DNA of 64,000 nucleotides from Macrostomum lignano (Eukaryota): NCBI GenBank assembly GCA_002269645.1, contig NIVC01003209.1, positions 1 to 64,000 of the forward strand, read 5' to 3'. Shown piece by piece: positions 38,650 to 48,153 of this stretch (position 1 is its first letter; each line of letters starts with the position of its first letter). The notes under the pieces were generated by a model. It saw only the letters and a program-made list of their open reading frames with translations, ran no database searches and was not told where the DNA came from. The position numbers and the translations under genes were made by a program.

Positions 38650-40527
38650 CGCACTTCGCTTACGCTTACGCAAATTAACAGTAGGAATACCAAGCCATTT
38701 TCCGCCCTTCGAAATACCAAGAGGGTAGTTCGATGAAACTACCCTCCAAACTACCGAGTTTCTCGGTTTCGAGTTTATTTCTCGAGTTTCGCTGATCATG
38801 CCTCGACAGTGGGCATACCTCAACTGCTAGGTATCCTCAGCTAGTCTCTCGAGCCTTCCATCATAACCCCGACGCCGTCGGCACCTTCAACAGATGACAC
38901 CGAGCGACTATGAACACCCTGATAAGAATTTAGTCACCTGGTGTAATCCGTTGAAGGTGCTGACGGCGTCCGGGTGATTACCGGGGTGACATCAATCTAT
39001 CAGACACAAAATGCTTTCTTTATTTGTTATTCGGACAAAAAAACACTCAGGTCATATACCTCATTTAATCATGCTTTATAAAATAACCCTCACTTTGCCA
39101 CTGCGGATCGTTGCGGAACCATTTGACAGCACGCGGAGCAGCGATTGGCCTCCGCTCAAGCCGGCGGTCGCTGCAGCCGAAGCACCAGGAGAAAAGCGGT
39201 TCTGCGATTGGCCTCCGCTCAAGCCGGCGGTCGCTGCAGCCGAAGCACCAGGAGAAAAGCGGTTCTGCGATTGGCCTCCGCTCAAGCCGGCGGTCGCTGC
39301 AGCCGAAGCACCAGGAGAAAAGCGGTTCTGCGATTGGCCTCCGCTCAAGCCGGCGGTCGCTGCAGCCGAAGCACCAGGAGAAAAGCGGTTCTGCGATTGG
39401 CCTCCGCTCAAGCCGGCGGTCGCTGCAGCCGAAGCACCAGGAGAAAAGCGGTTCTGCGATTGGCCTCCGCTCAAGCCGGTGGTCGCTGCAGCCGAAACAC
39501 CATTTATCTCATCCTTACAAAATTGAATGTCTTTTCTGGCATTCCAAATGGCCTTGAGCTGAGCCGAGCTGAGCCGTTTTGGTGGATGATCGGATGGAAT
39601 GCCGACAGGCCAATTTCGCCAATGCATGGAGTACTTTTTGTACTCTAGACGGCCGGAACCGCCACCGGAAACTGTTATAAAAAGTGTTTAATGACAAAAT
39701 GGTCGGGATATACTAGTGTAAATAGCAAACTTAAATAGCATCAATTAAAGGCAACAGAAACTTACTGAAAGCATGTGACAAAAATGTACCAACTTTTTTA
39801 CGAAGTACGGGAACGGACAAAGTATTGTCGGCATTGTTCGCAGACATTTGCTAAAATATATTATTGTGTGACATTTTTCAGGTATCTGATAAAAAACAAA
39901 TTAAAACGTTTTATCAATGAGAAAATCTTACATTATGTAGGCCCGACTTTTTTATTTCGCCGACAGAATTTGTCGTTTCGTACACGTACAGTTCCCCGTT
40001 GGGAAGCCGGATACAAATTGCTGCGTCAGCGTTAGCCGATTCGCATGTACGCACCTGAAATGATGATAGTGAAGCTGTTGTGTATTGAACGCGTGGGTTT
40101 GGTTGGTAGAAAAAAAACTTAGTGAGCTTAATAGAAATGGAGAGCTGGGTCTGGGAGTTCTAGACATAAGGATGCTTAGATAGCGAACGATCCATCCATG
40201 GATAAAAACAATGATTTTACAATGGTTCTTAAGTAAAATATTTAACTTCCCCTCCATCTCTAAGGTAGTAATTAATACTTAAATTTAACAGAAAGATATA
40301 GAAGGGCACTGCTAGTGTAAAATACGTTACACGCAACAGATAGACGCAAAATAAGGATCACATACCAGTCGATCGGCAAGTAATTTGATGCGAGCTGGAT
40401 TATTCTCTATTTTAAAATCCGCATTTTTAGCATCCGCCAGATTCTGCAGTCGAGCTAATTGAACCGGACTCAGCTTTCGAAAAGACTTTTTGAGTGCTTT
40501 AATGCGGTCTGAAGGAAAAATGCTCAT
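38650..40527 (-). CDS. Probable multi-exon gene of unknown function containing a 63-bp tandem repeat
   Basis: An ATG exon at 40527-~40364 ends at a GTATGT donor; further AG/GT-bounded open segments at ~40050-39930, ~39630-39094 and ~38826-38670. Splicing phases not fully resolved. Confidence 0.35.
39143..39497. repeat. 63-bp tandem repeat, ~5.6 near-identical copies
   Basis: Unit gattggcctccgctcaagccggcggtcgctgcagccgaagcaccaggagaaaagcggttctgc; open in several frames. Confidence 0.95.
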
Positions 40528-40774
40528 TTAGTGTATTGTAAATATAATTTCAGAAAAAATCGAGCAGGAATTATATGCACGTTTCACAAGAGGGAAAAAT
40601 GACCCGACAAACCTTGAAATGATCCTCTAGCCTGCGAGTATCGCTCAGCAACGAATATATTCCAGGGGGAAGTTTTCCGCAAGCGCATGGGCATGACTGC
40701 AACACTGCAAGAGTCAAGATAATTGCATTAAATATTTTCACGAAGAAAGAACGAAGAAAAGACGGAAGAACAGA

Positions 40775-43700
40775 TAGCCTGGGAAGTGTAGCCTAGTAGG
40801 GGTAGCCTGGGAGAGGTAACCTGGGAAGTATAGTCTAGGAGGGGTAGGAAAGGGTAGCCTTGGAGGGCTGCCTGGGAAGGGTAGGCCGGGAAGGGTAGGC
40901 TGGGAGGGCTGCCTGGGAGGGGTAGGCTGGGAGGGCTGCCTGGGAAGGGTAGGCTGGGAGGGCTGCCTGGGAAGGGTAGCCTGGGAGGGCTGCCTGGGAA
41001 GGATAGCCTGGGAGGGCTGCCTGGGAAGGGCAGGCTGGGAAGGCTGCCTGGGAAGGGTAGCCTGGGAGGGCTGCCTGGGAAGGGTAGCCTGGGAGGGCTG
41101 CCTGGGAGGGGTAGCCTGGGAAGGCTGCCTGGAAGGGTCGCCTGGGAGAGGTAGCCTGGGAGGGCTGCCTGGGAAGGGTAGGCTGGGAGGGGTAGGCTGG
41201 GAGCGCTGCCTGGGAGGGGTAGGCTGGGAGGGCTGCCTGGGAAGGGCAGGCTGGGAAGGCTGCCTGGGAAGGGTAGCCTGGGAGGGCTGCCTGTGAAGGG
41301 TAGGCCGGGAAGGGTAGGTTGGGAGGGCTGCCTGGGAGGGGTAGCCTGGGAGGGCTGCCTAGGAGGGGTAGCCTGGGAAGGCTGCCTGGAAAGGTAGCCT
41401 GGGAGGGGTAGCCTGGGAGGGCTGCCTGGGAGGGCTGCCTGGGAAGGGCAGGCTGGGAAGGCTGCCCGGGAAGGGTAGGCTGGGAGGGCTGCCTGGGAAG
41501 GGTAGCCTGGGAGGGCTACTTGGGAAGGGTAGGCCGGGAAGGGTAGGCTGGGAGGGCTGCCTGGGAGGGGTAGGCTGGAAGGGCTGCCTGGGAAAGGTAG
41601 CCTGGGAGAGGTAGGCTGGGAGGGGTGGGCTGGGAGGGGTAGGCTGGGAGCGCTGCCTGGGAGGGCTGCCTGGGAAGGATAGGCCGGGAAGGGTAGGCTG
41701 GGAGGGCTGCCTGGGAGGGGTAGCCTGGGAGGGCTGCCTAGGAGGGGTAGCCTGGGAAGGCTGCCTGGAAGGGTAGCCTGGGAGGGGTAGCCTGGGAGGG
41801 GTAGCCTGGGAGGGCTGCCTGGGAAGGGCAGGCTGGGAAGGCTGCCCGGGAAGGGTAGGCTGGGAGGGCTGCCTGGGAAGGGTAGGCTGGGAGGGCTGCC
41901 TGGGAAGAGTAGCCTGGGAGGGCTGCCTGGGAGGGGTAGCCTGGGAAGGCTGCCTGGGAAGGGCAGGCTGGGAGGGCTGCCTGGGAGAGGTAGCTTGGGA
42001 GGGGTAGCCTGGGAGCGCTGCCTGGGAGGGGTAGGCTGGGAGGGGTAGGCTGGGAGGGGTAGGCTGGGAGGGCTGCCTGGGAAGGGTAGCCTGGGAGGGC
42101 TGCCTGGGAAGGGTAGGCTGGGAGGGGTAGGCTGGGAGGGATAGGCTGGGAGGGCTGCCTAGAAAGGGTAGGCTGGGAGGGGTAGGCTGGGAGCGTTGCC
42201 TAGGAGGGGTAGGATAAGAGGGCTGCCTAGGAAGGGTAGCCTAGGAGGACTGCCTAGGAGGGGTAGCCTGGGAAGGCTGCCTGGAAGGGTAGCCTGGGAG
42301 GGGTAGCCTGGGAGGGCTGCCTGGGAGGGCTGCCTAGAAGGGTAGCCTGGGAAGGGTAGCCTGGGAGGGCTGCCTGGGAAGGCCTATACCAAAAATAAAT
42401 TTTTTAAATGCTCATAATATGGTATAGCCTGGGAAGTGTAGCCTAGTAGGGGTAGCCTGGGAGAGGTAACCTGGGAAGTATAGTCTAGGAGGGGTAGGAA
42501 AGGGTAGCCTTGGAGGGCTGCCTGGGAAGGGTAGGCCGGGAAGGGTAGGCTGGGAGGGCTGCCTGGGAGGGGTAGGCTGGGAGGGCTGCCTGGGAAGGGT
42601 AGGCTGGGAGGGCTGCCTGGGAAGGGTAGCCTGGGAGGGCTGCCTGGGAAGGATAGCCTGGGAGGGCTGCCTGGGAAGGGCAGGCTGGGAAGGCTGCCTG
42701 GGAAGGGTAGCCTGGGAGGGCTGCCTGGGAAGGGTAGCCTGGGAGGGCTGCCTGGGAGGGGTAGCCTGGGAAGGCTGCCTGGAAGGGTCGCCTGGGAGAG
42801 GTAGCCTGGGAGGGCTGCCTGGGAAGGGTAGGCTGGGAGGGGTAGGCTGGGAGCGCTGCCTGGGAGGGGTAGGCTGGGAGGGCTGCCTGGGAAGGGCAGG
42901 CTGGGAAGGCTGCCTGGGAAGGGTAGCCTGGGAGGGCTGCCTGTGAAGGGTAGGCCGGGAAGGGTAGGTTGGGAGGGCTGCCTGGGAGGGGTAGCCTGGG
43001 AGGGCTGCCTAGGAGGGGTAGCCTGGGAAGGCTGCCTGGAAAGGTAGCCTGGGAGGGGTAGCCTGGGAGGGCTGCCTGGGAGGGCTGCCTGGGAAGGGCA
43101 GGCTGGGAAGGCTGCCCGGGAAGGGTAGGCTGGGAGGGCTGCCTGGGAAGGGTAGCCTGGGAGGGCTACTTGGGAAGGGTAGGCCGGGAAGGGTAGGCTG
43201 GGAGGGCTGCCTGGGAGGGGTAGGCTGGAAGGGCTGCCTGGGAAAGGTAGCCTGGGAGAGGTAGGCTGGGAGGGGTGGGCTGGGAGGGGTAGGCTGGGAG
43301 CGCTGCCTGGGAGGGCTGCCTGGGAAGGATAGGCCGGGAAGGGTAGGCTGGGAGGGCTGCCTGGGAGGGGTAGCCTGGGAGGGCTGCCTAGGAGGGGTAG
43401 CCTGGGAAGGCTGCCTGGAAGGGTAGCCTGGGAGGGGTAGCCTGGGAGGGGTAGCCTGGGAGGGCTGCCTGGGAAGGGCAGGCTGGGAAGGCTGCCCGGG
43501 AAGGGTAGGCTGGGAGGGCTGCCTGGGAAGGGTAGGCTGGGAGGGCTGCCTGGGAAGAGTAGCCTGGGAGGGCTGCCTGGGAGGGGTAGCCTGGGAAGGC
43601 TGCCTGGGAAGGGCAGGCTGGGAGGGCTGCCTGGGAGAGGTAGCTTGGGAGGGGTAGCCTGGGAGCGCTGCCTGGGAGGGGTAGGCTGGGAGGGGTAGGC

Positions 43701-44073
43701 TGGGAGGGGTAGGCTGGGAGGGCTGCCTGGGAAGGGTAGCCTGGGAGGGCTGCCTGGGAAGGGTAGGCTGGGAGGGGTAGGCTGGGAGGGATAGGCTGGG
43801 AGGGCTGCCTAGAAAGGGTAGGCTGGGAGGGGTAGGCTGGGAGCGTTGCCTAGGAGGGGTAGGATAAGAGGGCTGCCTAGGAAGGGTAGCCTAGGAGGAC
43901 TGCCTAGGAGGGGTAGCCTGGGAAGGCTGCCTGGAAGGGTAGCCTGGGAGGGGTAGCCTGGGAGGGCTGCCTGGGAGGGCTGCCTAGAAGGGTAGCCTGG
44001 GAAGGGTAGCCTGGGAGGGCTGCCTGGGAAGGCCTATACCAAAAATAAATTTTTTAAATGCTCATAATATGGT
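40775..44073 (+). repeat. G-rich satellite (12-14 bp units gggagggctgcct / gggaagggtagcct) arranged as two ~1650-bp higher-order copies
   Basis: Landmarks repeat exactly 1650 bp apart (40781/42431 and 42381/44031). Confidence 0.95.
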
Positions 44074-44513
44074 ATACTAGAATTAGAACTAGAAATGTTT
44101 AATATAGGCCCTACAAGTATTTTACTAGGCCTAGCACTAGCAGTAGCACTAGCGACGGCAATTTTACCAGCCAATTAAATATTAGTTGGCTTTAGTAGGC
44201 CTTGTGAACATGATCTTTGAACACAGAACTTGTTCGCAACAGGCCTAAAGGCGGTCAGCGATCATGTTCAATTTGGCTTTATAAAGCGGCGTATCTGTCA
44301 ACACGGGTGGGTGATTCTCATTCTCATGAGGTTTTTCAGAGGTTTCATTTCGAACAAATATTTTTGCACAAAATTTTTAATACCGTACAAAAATTGAAAT
44401 CTTACTGAAATTTACAAATGAATACAAATTTTCTTTAGAAAATAGCTCGGAGGTTTTGGATTCTTTTTAATTTTGCTTCTGATTACGCGCGGAAATTATT
44501 TAACTGTTTTTAT

Positions 44514-44828
44514 TGTAGCAAGAACGGAGGCAGGACACTAAATTTGACTTTGAGCCTTTACCGCCCAATCACAAGCTTGCACAGCTGCCCGCTTACTAGG
44601 CACACTCTAAAGCATAGCCAGTAACAGTTCGAGCTATGATTCAGCATTTATTGGACTCACCATCGAGCTAAGGCGATGAAATTCAGCTGATATAAAGTTA
44701 CGAATATAAAGTATTGAACGAAACGAAAATATACGAGTATTATTACATTGCGATGCGATTACTTTGCTTTACTTAACACACGCCTCGAGTTGGCACCAAT
44801 TTAAATTACGAAATTAAGGTGTACTACA
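44514..44828 (-). repeat. 3' LTR of Gypsy element 2
   Basis: TGTAG...CTACA ends; differs from the other LTR by one substitution, a 2-bp indel, a short att-repeat difference and the terminal few bases. Confidence 0.95.
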
Positions 44829-45478
44829 CTACCCCCCTCGCGAAAAAAACAATGTCCCCATTGCGCCGAAAATTGACAGTTCGAACAAAATCTACTTTAT
44901 GAAAATATTTCTTTGACACAATACAAGTTGCGTTCAATGCACGCTCACAAGACGGACACTAAAGGATCGAATCGATCGCGTATAAGCAAAAGTAAAAAAA
45001 CCAACTTCAAAAATAGCGGCAAAATTCTTCAACCACAGCAATTTAGGACTTCACCAATGCAATCTGAACATAACGCGGAACGAAAATGCTCGAGTCTAAT
45101 TAATAGAATATCGGATGATGATCAACGCAAGTAGTATATACGGTACAAAATTGCCAGCAAACCCTTCTCATAATTCAATCAATTTTACCCTTTATCAGTG
45201 TGAAATGACTCGTTTTCCCTTCATTATCGCTCGTCTTCACTTCGCTCAACTCGCTTCGCTCATCCTCGCTTCATTTCGGTCAATCAACTCATTTCACACT
45301 TACAACGATTAATTCTCTTTGAATTATGAGAATACGCTCTCGTCGCTCGCTTTGGTTTGCTGGCAATTTTGTACCGTACCCAACACTTCCAACACTTCCA
45401 ACTCTCCCCAACACACATAAACACTCTATAACCCGCCGACGCGCCGCAGGCGCGAAGAGTCTTTTTCTGTTACTAAAA

Positions 45479-45778
45479 ATGAACCGAGTTTACACCTTTT
45501 CAGTTAGTGATACTTTTGAGACTGTTGCTAAAAATTCAGAGATAATAAAACAGCACATTTTGAATGGAATAATTGATGAAGTTTATTTAAAATATGACGA
45601 TAAGCACGAACTAAAACTTTATCCCTTAGAGTTGGATGGTTTGTATGATTTAGAACAAGAGGGTGAGTTAATATTTCAACTTGGAGATTATTTAAATTCT
45701 GAGGATTGGGAGGTTAGATCAACAGATTCTGAATCAACAAATAGTTCTTATGAAACTAGTGATTCAGAGAGTCTGTAA
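45479..45778 (+). CDS. Polinton ORF, ~99 aa acidic protein of unknown function
   Basis: aaaaATG start just inside the left TIR; open to TAA at 45778. Confidence 0.6.
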   Translation: MNRVYTFSVSDTFETVAKNSEIIKQHILNGIIDEVYLKYDDKHELKLYPLELDGLYDLEQEGELIFQLGDYLNSEDWEVRSTDSESTNSSYETSDSESL

Positions 45779-45837
45779 AAAATGAACTATTACTCTGTAA
45801 CAGAAACAACATTTATTGTTAAAAATATATATAAAAA

Positions 45838-46005
45838 ATGAAGCTAAAGTATTCCTACATCGGAAATGTGCCAATTAATGAACATAATGAAAATTTAAGT
45901 TTGATAACAGTTGAACAAATGTCAATAATAATATTAGTAACAATAATAGTGATAATATTGTTTTTATTTGTTATAAAAAAATTATTACCATGTTGCCTCA
46001 AGTAA
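45838..46005 (+). CDS. 55-aa single-pass membrane protein (below the ORF-track cutoff)
   Basis: MKLKYSYIGNVPINEHNENLSLITVEQMSIIILVTIIVIILFLFVIKKLLPCCLK*; aaaaATG context as in the other Polinton genes. Confidence 0.5.
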   Translation: MKLKYSYIGNVPINEHNENLSLITVEQMSIIILVTIIVIILFLFVIKKLLPCCLK

Positions 46006-46454
46006 TTATTATTTAAAAAATAAATTAGAAAATGAGCTCCAATTGTGTAAACAATTGTTCCAACACCTGTGACAGCACCAACCCAATAACAGCAGCAGCA
46101 CCCTTTTTATTTGATAAACACAAAGATTGTAAAGAAAAAGATGTTAACCACCCAACTTAAACGAAATCCAATTCAAATATTATAATTTTTATTATTTTAA
46201 TACTTTTACTTTTAATTTTTATGTTTATTATACCGTCAATATATATATATATATAAAACAACTAATCAGAAAAAATTACAAAATAATAGATTGAGTCAAA
46301 AAGAAGTAGAAAGAATATTTCTTTCAATCATACTAATATCAATTGCAACTATATTATCATTTCCACTACTTTGTATTATATTTATTTATTCTAAAAGGCG
46401 TTGTAAACGAAAAAAAGAACAACATGACCCCCTAGATTCATTAAAAGTCTAAAT

Positions 46455-48066
46455 TTAACCTAACATTATCTGGTTCTCATAAAAAGAACCCAATATTTCT
46501 TCACCATCCTTATCAGCAATGATATAGGTTGTAGGGTTTTTATTTAAAATTTTACTAATAGTAAATTTTTCACTAATCTTCCAATATCCTTTTCTTCCCT
46601 TTTCAAACTTATCTTTCCATTTATAGATATAAACAGAATCACCAACCTTAAAAGGTTTCTTTTTATTTTTTTCAAGTTCTCCAAAATTAACTTTAACTTT
46701 TTCAGGATTGTTATAAGCTTGTTGAGGAGCCATCTTTATAGCTGAATGATATGAATTGTTATAATCTTTCACGACGTCTGGTAATATTTTTACCCACTTT
46801 TGGTTTCCATTCAAACTAAACTGAAACCACAATTTCTTACCTAAAGTTCGATTAAATCTTTCAATCAGTGCGTTTTTGCGTTCTCCATAAATAGAATAAA
46901 TTTTATTAATATACTCCCCATTCGCGTCCTTTTTCCTTTCTTGTCTTTTTTCAAAATGATATAATTTATACATATGAGGATTGTAAAATTCCGTTCCTTC
47001 ATCAACACACACTCTTTCACTTTTTTCTCCAAGGCTTTTAAAAGCAGCAGCAACCTCCTCTCCTTTTTTGGATTTTAAAGGAACAGCCCACGCATATCGA
47101 GTAAAACCATCCAGTATGGTTAAGATATATTTATATCCTCTATCGTTCGGCATTGACATCAAATCAGCATACCAAATTTCATTCTTTTTGAAGTTCATGA
47201 TTTTTCTATAAAATTTAGGTTTTCGGTATTCTTTATGAAGAACCTTTGCCTCATCAGAACCTAGCCCACTACCACTTAACAACAAACACTCAACACAATT
47301 ATTTCCACGTTGATTGTAATTAATTCCTAAACCAAATTTAACTTTAGACTGTAGAATCTTTTTAACCATCCACCTAGTTAATCTTTGGCTCACTGATAAT
47401 CCTTGTAAATTATCTAATCCTTGAATCATTTTTTGATCTGCTTCATGTTTTAATTTTAATGCTTCCTCGGGTGAGTTCTTGTCAGCATCTCTGTATGCTA
47501 AGTCATGATAATATGTTAGCCAATCAATACCGTTAATGGGAATTGAATCGGCTTTTGGAGTACTGTCAGGATTTAATCTCAAATCCAATCGCGTCCCCGG
47601 TAGTTTGCCCTCAATCTTTCGAAAGAGGCTGGAGCACACCTTAAGCGGATAAATTACCGCCCACCTCCGTCTGCTCTCTGAACCTTCTCCATATCATATC
47701 AACCTATGACTTAGGAGCTTGGCTGCGCATTGACACCATCAGCCCATTGGGCTGCGGACTATGTCCGATGTCTTCAAGCTTGTTACCTTTGGGAAGAGGA
47801 GTTACCTCTGTTCCTTCAAAAGATTTCTCAATTGAAGTGGTACTTGAAGCTGTATGACGGGTTTCACGCAATTTGAAGATGTCGCCACAAATAGTGACTA
47901 GCAGTAGCTTTGCTTCTACCACTCAGGCCACGGGTTAACCTGTGAAGTTCATTGATGGTAGGTGTAACTCACCTGTATACCTCCCAGTAGTAAAGATTGG
48001 TGGTAAGCTTGTTAATCCTTTTTGTAAGTCTAAAAATCCTCCTTCAAATACTAATTGATTGCTCAT
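46455..48066 (-). CDS. PLA2X (parvovirus-type phospholipase A2)-retroviral-type integrase fusion, 424 aa after splicing (exons 48066-47938, 47600-46455)
   Basis: Spliced sequence ...GELHLPSMNFTG|PGTRLDLRLNP...PINGIDWLTYYHDLAY (PLA2 Ca loop and HD), followed in frame by WYADL, YILTILDGFTRYAW, VDEGTEF, IERFNRTL (DDE) and KVGDSV...FEKG...GSFYE. Confidence 0.85.
47601..47937 (-). ncRNA. Group I intron, subgroup IC1-like, 337 nt, no internal ORF
   Basis: P1 CAGGU/GCCUG with U-G at the 5' splice site; P3 CAUCUUC/GGAGGUG; P4 UGCGUG/UGCGCA; P5 CCGUC/GAUGG; P5b GAAA tetraloop; receptor CCUAAG/UAUGG; P7 GAGCA/UGCUC; P8; J8/7 UAAGGUG; P9 GAAA. Excision restores NFTGPGT. Confidence 0.9.
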
Positions 48067-48153
48067 TTTTAGTGACTAAAAAACAATTCTCTATCAATTT
48101 AATAATTTCTAAATATTGATCACCATATAAAAAATTTAAACCAAATTCCCCAC

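Noticed and set aside
47601-47639. ORF-track start MCSSLFRKIEGKL for the integrase, and ORF 47704-47922
   Set aside because: Both lie in intron sequence; the real start is the ATG at 48066.
47601-47937. Reading the insert as a spliceosomal intron or a transposon
   Set aside because: No GT-AG pair at frame-restoring positions and no TIR or TSD, while group I pairings account for nearly the whole insert.
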